This document shows, piece after piece, positions 38,747-48,899 of a stretch of 64,000 nt of DNA (its first letter is position 1; each line of letters opens with the position of its first letter). The position numbers and the translations under genes were made by a program. Location: assembly GCA_904501865.1 (NCBI GenBank), contig CAJGCF010000001.1, forward strand, positions 1,121-65,120, read 5' to 3'. The notes beneath the pieces were generated by a model, which did no database searches, was not told the DNA's origin, and was given only the letters and a program-made list of their open reading frames with translations. Source of the DNA: an uncultured Clostridia bacterium (lineage in GTDB: Bacteria; Bacillota; Clostridia; Oscillospirales; CAG-272).

Positions 38747-40885
38747 GAAATCAAATATGACCTTATCTCCGTCAAGCTTGAGCTTTGCGTTGAAGGGCTT
38801 TCCGTTTTTGGATACAAAGCCTTGTATCTCCGAGGAGACGCCCTCTGACAAAATCTTCCTGGCGTTTGATATGGAGATAGTACGCTTGCATATAAAGCTG
38901 CCTATTTTGAACTTGCAACCGTCCTTGTATCCCATACAGCCGTAGCCGTACCGACCTTTGACTACGTCCTTCCCGCAAACGGGACACTTTCCTACGAGGT
39001 CCCCGTAAAAGCCCGTGTCGGAGTCGAGTTCAAGAGAAATATCCTTGTGCTCAAACACCTTTGATATCTCATCACACGCAAGACGGACACTGTCGGTTAT
39101 GCTGATGTCGCCTCTGTATACCTTTTTCAATGCCTGACCAAGCTCACTGGTCTTGTATTTATCCATAGATACCCTCATCTGCATAAGCTGCTCGATGAGA
39201 TATTCGCCACCGGGGAGAATAGTATATACGTCCTTTTTGAGCTCAATGTATCCCGAACGCCTTGCGTTTTCTATAATACCCGTTCTTGTTGCCTCTGTTC
39301 CAAGCTCAAGGCCCTCGAATATAGCCTTGTAATCCTCTTCGTCGTTTTCAGTTTCCCCGTCGGGATTGCTCGCCGCGCGCTCTGCGGCGGCCGCCTTGTC
39401 CTCACGGAATGGGTTTTTCAGATAATTGTTGAGCGTCTCGACCGTGTAGTGCTTTGGAGGATTAGTCTGCTTTTCAACAGGACGGAACTCTATATTTACT
39501 CGGTCACCTTTTTCAAGAGAGGGAAGTATCTTGTCCTTTCTCTCGGAATCGTCAAAGCGCATAAAGCCTTTTTGTAGAATGATTATTCCCTTGAGTGTGA
39601 ACTGCTCGTATCCGCCTACGTCAATTACTATTTCTGTCTTTTGAGCGATACATTCTTCCTCACAGAACACCGATACAAATCGGCGGAATACCGTCTGATA
39701 GACCTGCATCTCCTTCTCGCTCAGATGTTCCTTTTTGGGTATCTTGTGAGTGGGGGTAAGAGCAGAGTGGCTCTCTATCTTGGAGTCGTCAAAAATAGTC
39801 TTTTTGTCTTTAAAGACAACAGGATATCCTATGCCCTTTATAGCTCCGATTATTTTTTTGACCTTGTCCTTCTCGTTAGTCGCCATATATTCCGAGTTGG
39901 TTCTCGGATAGGTAAGATAACCCTCCTCATAAAGCTTTTGAACTATGGTAAGGCTGTCCGACATAGACATTTTGTATTTTTTGCTCAGTACGTTCTGGAG
40001 CTTTGAAAGGGAAAACAGCTTTCCGGGGCCTATGGTCTCTTTTTTGGTCTTTTTTGAAACTACGGTCGCATCGCTTGAGTTGTATTTTTTACACAGAGCC
40101 TCGGCTTGTGCCCTTTTGTCCTTATCAAATTTCTCACGACTGACCAGCTCTATCTCCTCGTCTCCTGTCTTTTCCTTTGAGACTGCGGCAAAATATACGT
40201 CTGGAACAAAGTTCCTTATTGCCATATCTCTGTCATAAATTGCACGGACTATGGGGACTATAACACGTCCGACACGCAAAAGCATCCCCGTTTTGAGAGT
40301 AGCGTATCTTGTGAGATTAACTCCGTAAAGCCAATCTATATAGGTGCGAGCAAATCCCTCGTCGGCGAGATTGTCGTATTCGCTCTCGTTCTTCATCTCC
40401 GCCAGTGCTTTTCCGATGGTCTCAGGCGTCTGGTCGGGAAGCCACAAGCGCAAGAATGACTTTTGCCCACCGTCAAGCGCTCCTGTATTCATAACGCACA
40501 AACGGATTATTATTTCCCCCTCTCTGTCCGAGTCTCCCGCGTTTACTATTCTGTCAACGTCATCACGCATACATAAATATTTTATGGTCTCAAACTGACG
40601 CTCAACGCCCGGGTCGACCTTCTTGTCAGACCCCACCTTGAGCTTGAACTTGAATTTCTCCGGAAAGCAGGGAAGATTGTCCATAGACCAGCGCACGCCC
40701 GTGTCTCCACCCGTGTAATCCTCTATGTCGCACAGAGAAAAGAGGTGTCCGAAAGCCCACGTTACAAAATATCCGCCGCCCTCAAAGTATCCGTTTCTCT
40801 TCTGAAGGGAGCAATTATTCATTTGTTGAATACCCTGAACGATATTTCTGGCAAGACTTGGCTTTTCCGCGATTATTACCGTCAT
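38744..40885 (-). CDS. topB: DNA topoisomerase III (type IA) with C-terminal zinc-ribbon domains
   Basis: 713 aa. Toprim IIAEKPS...VTWAFGHL. Active-site context YLTYPRTNS. C-terminal CPVCGK...GYGCMGYKDGCKFKI. Confidence 0.88.
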   Translation of the reverse strand: MTVIIAEKPSLARNIVQGIQQMNNCSLQKRNGYFEGGGYFVTWAFGHLFSLCDIEDYTGGDTGVRWSMDNLPCFPEKFKFKLKVGSDKKVDPGVERQFETIKYLCMRDDVDRIVNAGDSDREGEIIIRLCVMNTGALDGGQKSFLRLWLPDQTPETIGKALAEMKNESEYDNLADEGFARTYIDWLYGVNLTRYATLKTGMLLRVGRVIVPIVRAIYDRDMAIRNFVPDVYFAAVSKEKTGDEEIELVSREKFDKDKRAQAEALCKKYNSSDATVVSKKTKKETIGPGKLFSLSKLQNVLSKKYKMSMSDSLTIVQKLYEEGYLTYPRTNSEYMATNEKDKVKKIIGAIKGIGYPVVFKDKKTIFDDSKIESHSALTPTHKIPKKEHLSEKEMQVYQTVFRRFVSVFCEEECIAQKTEIVIDVGGYEQFTLKGIIILQKGFMRFDDSERKDKILPSLEKGDRVNIEFRPVEKQTNPPKHYTVETLNNYLKNPFREDKAAAAERAASNPDGETENDEEDYKAIFEGLELGTEATRTGIIENARRSGYIELKKDVYTILPGGEYLIEQLMQMRVSMDKYKTSELGQALKKVYRGDISITDSVRLACDEISKVFEHKDISLELDSDTGFYGDLVGKCPVCGKDVVKGRYGYGCMGYKDGCKFKIGSFICKRTISISNARKILSEGVSSEIQGFVSKNGKPFNAKLKLDGDKVIFDF

Positions 40886-41064
40886 TTTGTCCCTCCTAAT
40901 AAGACTTTGTTTACAAGATACATTCTAACATATAAGGTGATTTTTGTCAACCGCCACACAGTCGTGTTTTAGGGAAAATAACGCTGTGTGTATAAAATAA
41001 ACGATACCCACGAGGTATATTAAAAAAATGTTGTAAAAACAACAAGAAAAATTTGGATAAAGCA

Positions 41065-41093
41065 TTGACATTGTGGTAAAAATGTAGTATAAT
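41065..41093 (+). promoter_or_regulatory. Consensus sigma-A promoter for fakB-fakA
   Basis: TTGACA (41065-41070), 17 nt spacer, TATAAT (41088-41093). This gives a leader of about 100 nt before the fakB ATG. Confidence 0.7.
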
Positions 41094-41199
41094 TAGTTGG
41101 TATATATAAACTTGTGGCATATTGTAAAGACTTCATAAAATATGTGACTGTGGGCCAAGCTGTTAATTATAAGGGTCCATAGCGGAATGGAGAATAAAT

Positions 41200-42063
41200 A
41201 TGAGAGATTATGTAATTTTCACGGATTCATCCTGTGACCTTCCCGCCGAGCTTGCGAAGGAGATGGATGTAGAGGTGCTCAATCTTGAGGTGAACATTGA
41301 GGGAATAGGCACCAAATTGAACAATGAGATAGATCCTCAGGAATTTTACGGATACCTGAGAGATAAGCGCTCGGCAAAGACCTCCGCCGTAAATATGGAG
41401 AGATTCTCCGAGGCGTTTGAAAAGCTCGTCGCAGAGGGCAAGGACATTCTTTACCTTGGATTTTCCTCGGGCTTGTCCGCAACCTATACGGCAGGTAAGA
41501 ACGCCGCAGAGGAGATTATGGAGAAATATCCCGATAGCAAGATAGTTGCGGTTGATACACTTTGCGCGGCTCTCGGTCAGGGACTTCTTGTAAAGCTTGC
41601 TGTAGATAAAAAGAACACGGGTGCGACAATTGATGAGGTAGCGACTTGGGTTGAAGAAAATAAGCTTCATCTTGCGCATTGGTTCACCGTTGAGGATCTG
41701 TTCTTCCTTAAGCGTGGAGGACGCGTTTCGTCCGCTACCGCAGTTCTTGGAACAGTTCTTCAGATAAAGCCCGTTATGCACGTTGACAATGAAGGAAAGC
41801 TTATCAACGTACAGAAGGCGCGCGGCAGAGACGCATCTATCAAAGCTATACTTGAAAAGATGAAGGAGACCGCTATTGACCCTGAAAATCAGACAGTATA
41901 TATCTGTCACGGGGATTGCTATGATGATGCCAAGAAGCTTGCCGATATGGTCAGCGCAGAATTTGGCATAAAGGATATCCTTATCGGATACGTCGGACCT
42001 GTTATCGGAGCACATTCCGGCCCCGGAACGCTTGCTTTGTTCTTCTTGGCAAAGGAAAGATAA
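41200..42063 (+). CDS. fakB: DegV-family fatty-acid-binding protein (FakB-like)
   Basis: 287 aa DegV architecture (IFTDSSCDLP..., TSAVN, GPGTLALFF). Adjacent to a DAK2/FakA-like gene. Confidence 0.8.
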   Translation: MRDYVIFTDSSCDLPAELAKEMDVEVLNLEVNIEGIGTKLNNEIDPQEFYGYLRDKRSAKTSAVNMERFSEAFEKLVAEGKDILYLGFSSGLSATYTAGKNAAEEIMEKYPDSKIVAVDTLCAALGQGLLVKLAVDKKNTGATIDEVATWVEENKLHLAHWFTVEDLFFLKRGGRVSSATAVLGTVLQIKPVMHVDNEGKLINVQKARGRDASIKAILEKMKETAIDPENQTVYICHGDCYDDAKKLADMVSAEFGIKDILIGYVGPVIGAHSGPGTLALFFLAKER

Positions 42064-42122
42064 TATAGAACGGATAATCACTATAAACCAAACTGACACA
42101 GTCGGTGGAATGGAGACACTTA

Positions 42123-43778
42123 ATGGGTATTACAGGAAATTTGTATAGAGAGATGGCGCTTTCGGGCGCGGCTTTGCTCAGCAACAAAAAGGAAGAGATA
42201 AACAATCTCAACGTTTTCCCCGTGCCTGACGGCGATACGGGTATCAATATGAGTCTCACGATGAGCACTATCGGAAATACCGCAGAGGGACTCGGAATTG
42301 GCGAGAGCGCAGAAAAGATTGCGGGCTTTATGCTCCGTTCCGCAAGAGGAAACTCGGGAGCTATCCTCTCACTTTTCTTCAGAGGCGTGTCCAAGGCACT
42401 CAAGGGTGTTGATGAGGCAAGCTCAAAGGATATGGTAGAGGCATTCAAAAGAGGTACTACAGAGGCATACCGTGCGGTTATGAAGCCCACAGAGGGAACG
42501 ATACTTACGGTAATGCGTATGTGTGGCGAGGAGGCCGAGAAGGCGTATCTTGCAAACAAGAGAATAAGCGTTAAAAATCTTTTCAAGGTAATACTTAAGG
42601 GTGCCGAGGATGCTTTGGCACAGACACCCGAGATGCTCCCCGTGCTCAAGCAGACGGGAGTAGTCGATGCCGGCGGCGCGGGATTTGTTTGCGTGCTTGA
42701 GGGTATGGTAGCGGCTATGGAGGGTAAGCCTTACGTTGCCGAGCATAGCGCGGACGAGAATAATACTCCTACAGAGATGCGTTCAGGCGCTGATTTCTCG
42801 GATTTCAATACCGATGATATAAAGTTTGGATATTGTACCGAGTGTATAGTCGAAAAGAATGAAAAGTATGCGGGTGAGGATACGTCGGGCGAGCTCTATG
42901 AGTTCATTAAGAGCATTGGTGACAGTGCGGTCTTTGTTGACGACGAGAGCATCATCAAGCTTCATATCCATACCAACGATCCCGGAGCAGTACTTACGAA
43001 GGCGATAGAGTTCGGAAACCTTGCCACCGTTAAAATTGAAAACATGAGAAATCAGCATACTGAACTCATGTCAGGTAACAAGGAAGAGCCTGCACCAAAA
43101 AAATCCCAGCCTGTTATTGAAAAAAAGTACGGATTCGTAAGCGTATGTATGGGTGACGGCATAAAAAATATGTTTACCGACGTCGGAGTCGATAATATCA
43201 TAACAGGCGGACAGACTATGAATCCAAGCACTCAGGATATTATTGACGCTGTTATGAAAACTCCCTCGGAGTACGTATTCATACTTCCCAACAATAAAAA
43301 CATCTGTATGGTTGCAAGGCAGGCATCAGAGATAGTCACCGAGAGAAAGGTAATAGTAATTCCCACAGAGACCGTTCCTCAAGGAATGGCGGCTATGATA
43401 GCATATAATCCCGACGGTGAGCTTGATGAGGTTATCAAGGGTATGCAGGAGGGAGCAGCTATGGTGACTTCTATGTCTGTTACGTTTGCGGTAAGAGATA
43501 CCGAGATAGACAGATTCAACATCAAGAAGGGACAGTACCTTGGTCTCGTTGAAGGAAAGATAGCTTGTGTAAGCAACGACAGCTTCAGTTGTGCAAAGCA
43601 GTTGACAAGAGGAATGACGGGAGCCTCCTACGTTACCGTATTCTACGGTGAAGACGTAAGCGAGGAAAAGGCAGAGAAGTTTGGCGCTCTTGTTTCTGAA
43701 AAGATCGGAGACGGATGTGACGTTGCCGTGCTTTATGGCGGACAGCCTCTTTATGACTACATCATTTCCGTTGAATAA
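42123..43778 (+). CDS. fakA: DAK2-domain protein of the YloV/FakA family (fatty acid kinase ATP-binding subunit-like)
   Basis: 551 aa from the ATG at 42123 (GGAGA RBS). DAK2 motif PDGDTGINM...ARGNSG. C-terminal YloV-type domain. The stop lies 24 nt from the palindrome axis. Confidence 0.75.
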   Translation: MGITGNLYREMALSGAALLSNKKEEINNLNVFPVPDGDTGINMSLTMSTIGNTAEGLGIGESAEKIAGFMLRSARGNSGAILSLFFRGVSKALKGVDEASSKDMVEAFKRGTTEAYRAVMKPTEGTILTVMRMCGEEAEKAYLANKRISVKNLFKVILKGAEDALAQTPEMLPVLKQTGVVDAGGAGFVCVLEGMVAAMEGKPYVAEHSADENNTPTEMRSGADFSDFNTDDIKFGYCTECIVEKNEKYAGEDTSGELYEFIKSIGDSAVFVDDESIIKLHIHTNDPGAVLTKAIEFGNLATVKIENMRNQHTELMSGNKEEPAPKKSQPVIEKKYGFVSVCMGDGIKNMFTDVGVDNIITGGQTMNPSTQDIIDAVMKTPSEYVFILPNNKNICMVARQASEIVTERKVIVIPTETVPQGMAAMIAYNPDGELDEVIKGMQEGAAMVTSMSVTFAVRDTEIDRFNIKKGQYLGLVEGKIACVSNDSFSCAKQLTRGMTGASYVTVFYGEDVSEEKAEKFGALVSEKIGDGCDVAVLYGGQPLYDYIISVE

Positions 43779-43826
43779 TTGAAATAGAGAAATGCCGACG
43801 CATGCGTCGGCATTTCTCTATTTCAA

Positions 43827-45482
43827 TTATTCAACGGAAATGATGTAGTCATAAAGAGGCTGTCCGCCATAAAGCACGGCAACGTCACATCCGTCTCCGA
43901 TCTTTTCAGAAACAAGAGCGCCAAACTTCTCTGCCTTTTCCTCGCTTACGTCTTCACCGTAGAATACGGTAACGTAGGAGGCTCCCGTCATTCCTCTTGT
44001 CAACTGCTTTGCACAACTGAAGCTGTCGTTGCTTACACAAGCTATCTTTCCTTCAACGAGACCAAGGTACTGTCCCTTCTTGATGTTGAATCTGTCTATC
44101 TCGGTATCTCTTACCGCAAACGTAACAGACATAGAAGTCACCATAGCTGCTCCCTCCTGCATACCCTTGATAACCTCATCAAGCTCACCGTCGGGATTAT
44201 ATGCTATCATAGCCGCCATTCCTTGAGGAACGGTCTCTGTGGGAATTACTATTACCTTTCTCTCGGTGACTATCTCTGATGCCTGCCTTGCAACCATACA
44301 GATGTTTTTATTGTTGGGAAGTATGAATACGTACTCCGAGGGAGTTTTCATAACAGCGTCAATAATATCCTGAGTGCTTGGATTCATAGTCTGTCCGCCT
44401 GTTATGATATTATCGACTCCGACGTCGGTAAACATATTTTTTATGCCGTCACCCATACATACGCTTACGAATCCGTACTTTTTTTCAATAACAGGCTGGG
44501 ATTTTTTTGGTGCAGGCTCTTCCTTGTTACCTGACATGAGTTCAGTATGCTGATTTCTCATGTTTTCAATTTTAACGGTGGCAAGGTTTCCGAACTCTAT
44601 CGCCTTCGTAAGTACTGCTCCGGGATCGTTGGTATGGATATGAAGCTTGATGATGCTCTCGTCGTCAACAAAGACCGCACTGTCACCAATGCTCTTAATG
44701 AACTCATAGAGCTCGCCCGACGTATCCTCACCCGCATACTTTTCATTCTTTTCGACTATACACTCGGTACAATATCCAAACTTTATATCATCGGTATTGA
44801 AATCCGAGAAATCAGCGCCTGAACGCATCTCTGTAGGAGTATTATTCTCGTCCGCGCTATGCTCGGCAACGTAAGGCTTACCCTCCATAGCCGCTACCAT
44901 ACCCTCAAGCACGCAAACAAATCCCGCGCCGCCGGCATCGACTACTCCCGTCTGCTTGAGCACGGGGAGCATCTCGGGTGTCTGTGCCAAAGCATCCTCG
45001 GCACCCTTAAGTATTACCTTGAAAAGATTTTTAACGCTTATTCTCTTGTTTGCAAGATACGCCTTCTCGGCCTCCTCGCCACACATACGCATTACCGTAA
45101 GTATCGTTCCCTCTGTGGGCTTCATAACCGCACGGTATGCCTCTGTAGTACCTCTTTTGAATGCCTCTACCATATCCTTTGAGCTTGCCTCATCAACACC
45201 CTTGAGTGCCTTGGACACGCCTCTGAAGAAAAGTGAGAGGATAGCTCCCGAGTTTCCTCTTGCGGAACGGAGCATAAAGCCCGCAATCTTTTCTGCGCTC
45301 TCGCCAATTCCGAGTCCCTCTGCGGTATTTCCGATAGTGCTCATCGTGAGACTCATATTGATACCCGTATCGCCGTCAGGCACGGGGAAAACGTTGAGAT
45401 TGTTTATCTCTTCCTTTTTGTTGCTGAGCAAAGCCGCGCCCGAAAGCGCCATCTCTCTATACAAATTTCCTGTAATACCCAT
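43827..45482 (-). CDS. fakA: Mirror copy of fakA-like DAK2 protein
   Basis: Exact mirror (87605-x) of 42123-43778; identical translation in the ORF track. Confidence 0.75.
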   Translation of the reverse strand: MGITGNLYREMALSGAALLSNKKEEINNLNVFPVPDGDTGINMSLTMSTIGNTAEGLGIGESAEKIAGFMLRSARGNSGAILSLFFRGVSKALKGVDEASSKDMVEAFKRGTTEAYRAVMKPTEGTILTVMRMCGEEAEKAYLANKRISVKNLFKVILKGAEDALAQTPEMLPVLKQTGVVDAGGAGFVCVLEGMVAAMEGKPYVAEHSADENNTPTEMRSGADFSDFNTDDIKFGYCTECIVEKNEKYAGEDTSGELYEFIKSIGDSAVFVDDESIIKLHIHTNDPGAVLTKAIEFGNLATVKIENMRNQHTELMSGNKEEPAPKKSQPVIEKKYGFVSVCMGDGIKNMFTDVGVDNIITGGQTMNPSTQDIIDAVMKTPSEYVFILPNNKNICMVARQASEIVTERKVIVIPTETVPQGMAAMIAYNPDGELDEVIKGMQEGAAMVTSMSVTFAVRDTEIDRFNIKKGQYLGLVEGKIACVSNDSFSCAKQLTRGMTGASYVTVFYGEDVSEEKAEKFGALVSEKIGDGCDVAVLYGGQPLYDYIISVE

Positions 45483-45541
45483 TAAGTGTCTCCATTCCAC
45501 CGACTGTGTCAGTTTGGTTTATAGTGATTATCCGTTCTATA

Positions 45542-46405
45542 TTATCTTTCCTTTGCCAAGAAGAACAAAGCAAGCGTTCCGGGGCCGGAATGTGCTCCGA
45601 TAACAGGTCCGACGTATCCGATAAGGATATCCTTTATGCCAAATTCTGCGCTGACCATATCGGCAAGCTTCTTGGCATCATCATAGCAATCCCCGTGACA
45701 GATATATACTGTCTGATTTTCAGGGTCAATAGCGGTCTCCTTCATCTTTTCAAGTATAGCTTTGATAGATGCGTCTCTGCCGCGCGCCTTCTGTACGTTG
45801 ATAAGCTTTCCTTCATTGTCAACGTGCATAACGGGCTTTATCTGAAGAACTGTTCCAAGAACTGCGGTAGCGGACGAAACGCGTCCTCCACGCTTAAGGA
45901 AGAACAGATCCTCAACGGTGAACCAATGCGCAAGATGAAGCTTATTTTCTTCAACCCAAGTCGCTACCTCATCAATTGTCGCACCCGTGTTCTTTTTATC
46001 TACAGCAAGCTTTACAAGAAGTCCCTGACCGAGAGCCGCGCAAAGTGTATCAACCGCAACTATCTTGCTATCGGGATATTTCTCCATAATCTCCTCTGCG
46101 GCGTTCTTACCTGCCGTATAGGTTGCGGACAAGCCCGAGGAAAATCCAAGGTAAAGAATGTCCTTGCCCTCTGCGACGAGCTTTTCAAACGCCTCGGAGA
46201 ATCTCTCCATATTTACGGCGGAGGTCTTTGCCGAGCGCTTATCTCTCAGGTATCCGTAAAATTCCTGAGGATCTATCTCATTGTTCAATTTGGTGCCTAT
46301 TCCCTCAATGTTCACCTCAAGATTGAGCACCTCTACATCCATCTCCTTCGCAAGCTCGGCGGGAAGGTCACAGGATGAATCCGTGAAAATTACATAATCT
46401 CTCAT
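45542..46405 (-). CDS. fakB: Mirror copy of DegV/FakB-like protein
   Basis: Exact mirror of 41200-42063; identical 287-aa translation. Confidence 0.8.
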   Translation of the reverse strand: MRDYVIFTDSSCDLPAELAKEMDVEVLNLEVNIEGIGTKLNNEIDPQEFYGYLRDKRSAKTSAVNMERFSEAFEKLVAEGKDILYLGFSSGLSATYTAGKNAAEEIMEKYPDSKIVAVDTLCAALGQGLLVKLAVDKKNTGATIDEVATWVEENKLHLAHWFTVEDLFFLKRGGRVSSATAVLGTVLQIKPVMHVDNEGKLINVQKARGRDASIKAILEKMKETAIDPENQTVYICHGDCYDDAKKLADMVSAEFGIKDILIGYVGPVIGAHSGPGTLALFFLAKER

Positions 46406-46719
46406 ATTTATTCTCCATTCCGCTATGGACCCTTATAATTAACAGCTTGGCCCACAGTCACATATTTTATGAAGTCTTTACAATATGCCACAAGTTTATA
46501 TATACCAACTAATTATACTACATTTTTACCACAATGTCAATGCTTTATCCAAATTTTTCTTGTTGTTTTTACAACATTTTTTTAATATACCTCGTGGGTA
46601 TCGTTTATTTTATACACACAGCGTTATTTTCCCTAAAACACGACTGTGTGGCGGTTGACAAAAATCACCTTATATGTTAGAATGTATCTTGTAAACAAAG
46701 TCTTATTAGGAGGGACAAA

Positions 46720-48861
46720 ATGACGGTAATAATCGCGGAAAAGCCAAGTCTTGCCAGAAATATCGTTCAGGGTATTCAACAAATGAATAATTGCTCCCTT
46801 CAGAAGAGAAACGGATACTTTGAGGGCGGCGGATATTTTGTAACGTGGGCTTTCGGACACCTCTTTTCTCTGTGCGACATAGAGGATTACACGGGTGGAG
46901 ACACGGGCGTGCGCTGGTCTATGGACAATCTTCCCTGCTTTCCGGAGAAATTCAAGTTCAAGCTCAAGGTGGGGTCTGACAAGAAGGTCGACCCGGGCGT
47001 TGAGCGTCAGTTTGAGACCATAAAATATTTATGTATGCGTGATGACGTTGACAGAATAGTAAACGCGGGAGACTCGGACAGAGAGGGGGAAATAATAATC
47101 CGTTTGTGCGTTATGAATACAGGAGCGCTTGACGGTGGGCAAAAGTCATTCTTGCGCTTGTGGCTTCCCGACCAGACGCCTGAGACCATCGGAAAAGCAC
47201 TGGCGGAGATGAAGAACGAGAGCGAATACGACAATCTCGCCGACGAGGGATTTGCTCGCACCTATATAGATTGGCTTTACGGAGTTAATCTCACAAGATA
47301 CGCTACTCTCAAAACGGGGATGCTTTTGCGTGTCGGACGTGTTATAGTCCCCATAGTCCGTGCAATTTATGACAGAGATATGGCAATAAGGAACTTTGTT
47401 CCAGACGTATATTTTGCCGCAGTCTCAAAGGAAAAGACAGGAGACGAGGAGATAGAGCTGGTCAGTCGTGAGAAATTTGATAAGGACAAAAGGGCACAAG
47501 CCGAGGCTCTGTGTAAAAAATACAACTCAAGCGATGCGACCGTAGTTTCAAAAAAGACCAAAAAAGAGACCATAGGCCCCGGAAAGCTGTTTTCCCTTTC
47601 AAAGCTCCAGAACGTACTGAGCAAAAAATACAAAATGTCTATGTCGGACAGCCTTACCATAGTTCAAAAGCTTTATGAGGAGGGTTATCTTACCTATCCG
47701 AGAACCAACTCGGAATATATGGCGACTAACGAGAAGGACAAGGTCAAAAAAATAATCGGAGCTATAAAGGGCATAGGATATCCTGTTGTCTTTAAAGACA
47801 AAAAGACTATTTTTGACGACTCCAAGATAGAGAGCCACTCTGCTCTTACCCCCACTCACAAGATACCCAAAAAGGAACATCTGAGCGAGAAGGAGATGCA
47901 GGTCTATCAGACGGTATTCCGCCGATTTGTATCGGTGTTCTGTGAGGAAGAATGTATCGCTCAAAAGACAGAAATAGTAATTGACGTAGGCGGATACGAG
48001 CAGTTCACACTCAAGGGAATAATCATTCTACAAAAAGGCTTTATGCGCTTTGACGATTCCGAGAGAAAGGACAAGATACTTCCCTCTCTTGAAAAAGGTG
48101 ACCGAGTAAATATAGAGTTCCGTCCTGTTGAAAAGCAGACTAATCCTCCAAAGCACTACACGGTCGAGACGCTCAACAATTATCTGAAAAACCCATTCCG
48201 TGAGGACAAGGCGGCCGCCGCAGAGCGCGCGGCGAGCAATCCCGACGGGGAAACTGAAAACGACGAAGAGGATTACAAGGCTATATTCGAGGGCCTTGAG
48301 CTTGGAACAGAGGCAACAAGAACGGGTATTATAGAAAACGCAAGGCGTTCGGGATACATTGAGCTCAAAAAGGACGTATATACTATTCTCCCCGGTGGCG
48401 AATATCTCATCGAGCAGCTTATGCAGATGAGGGTATCTATGGATAAATACAAGACCAGTGAGCTTGGTCAGGCATTGAAAAAGGTATACAGAGGCGACAT
48501 CAGCATAACCGACAGTGTCCGTCTTGCGTGTGATGAGATATCAAAGGTGTTTGAGCACAAGGATATTTCTCTTGAACTCGACTCCGACACGGGCTTTTAC
48601 GGGGACCTCGTAGGAAAGTGTCCCGTTTGCGGGAAGGACGTAGTCAAAGGTCGGTACGGCTACGGCTGTATGGGATACAAGGACGGTTGCAAGTTCAAAA
48701 TAGGCAGCTTTATATGCAAGCGTACTATCTCCATATCAAACGCCAGGAAGATTTTGTCAGAGGGCGTCTCCTCGGAGATACAAGGCTTTGTATCCAAAAA
48801 CGGAAAGCCCTTCAACGCAAAGCTCAAGCTTGACGGAGATAAGGTCATATTTGATTTCTGA
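46720..48861 (+). CDS. topB: Mirror copy of DNA topoisomerase III
   Basis: Exact mirror of 38744-40885; identical 713-aa translation. Confidence 0.88.
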   Translation: MTVIIAEKPSLARNIVQGIQQMNNCSLQKRNGYFEGGGYFVTWAFGHLFSLCDIEDYTGGDTGVRWSMDNLPCFPEKFKFKLKVGSDKKVDPGVERQFETIKYLCMRDDVDRIVNAGDSDREGEIIIRLCVMNTGALDGGQKSFLRLWLPDQTPETIGKALAEMKNESEYDNLADEGFARTYIDWLYGVNLTRYATLKTGMLLRVGRVIVPIVRAIYDRDMAIRNFVPDVYFAAVSKEKTGDEEIELVSREKFDKDKRAQAEALCKKYNSSDATVVSKKTKKETIGPGKLFSLSKLQNVLSKKYKMSMSDSLTIVQKLYEEGYLTYPRTNSEYMATNEKDKVKKIIGAIKGIGYPVVFKDKKTIFDDSKIESHSALTPTHKIPKKEHLSEKEMQVYQTVFRRFVSVFCEEECIAQKTEIVIDVGGYEQFTLKGIIILQKGFMRFDDSERKDKILPSLEKGDRVNIEFRPVEKQTNPPKHYTVETLNNYLKNPFREDKAAAAERAASNPDGETENDEEDYKAIFEGLELGTEATRTGIIENARRSGYIELKKDVYTILPGGEYLIEQLMQMRVSMDKYKTSELGQALKKVYRGDISITDSVRLACDEISKVFEHKDISLELDSDTGFYGDLVGKCPVCGKDVVKGRYGYGCMGYKDGCKFKIGSFICKRTISISNARKILSEGVSSEIQGFVSKNGKPFNAKLKLDGDKVIFDF

Positions 48862-48899
48862 TAACAATACGGGACGGCTTTTGCCGTCCCGTATTGTTA

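Larger units (their letters stand above)
23605..43802. repeat. Left arm of a spacer-less perfect inverted duplication (20198 bp visible)
   Basis: Every ORF in every frame between 23771 and 43778 reappears with an identical translation on the opposite strand at 87605-x. Manual checks of 23605-23770, 25431-25505, 35614-35750, 40886-41215 and the centre all match exactly. Confidence 0.97.

Noticed and set aside
41227-42099. A 290-aa antisense ORF opposite fakB, and similar long antisense ORFs (37736-38410, 32521-33255, 42002-42649, 34600-35127, 19927-20400, plus their mirrors)
   Set aside because: These sit entirely inside strongly supported genes on the other strand. They have no RBS or recognisable motifs, and their Ser/Leu/Arg/Cys-rich composition is typical of shadow frames.
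43779-43826. The central hairpin read as independent evidence of a rho-independent terminator for fakA
   Set aside because: Any sequence joined to its own reverse complement automatically forms a perfect hairpin followed by a T-tract wherever the left side has an A-tract. The structure is a consequence of the palindrome and does not by itself show a native terminator. Only the half-site composition is suggestive.
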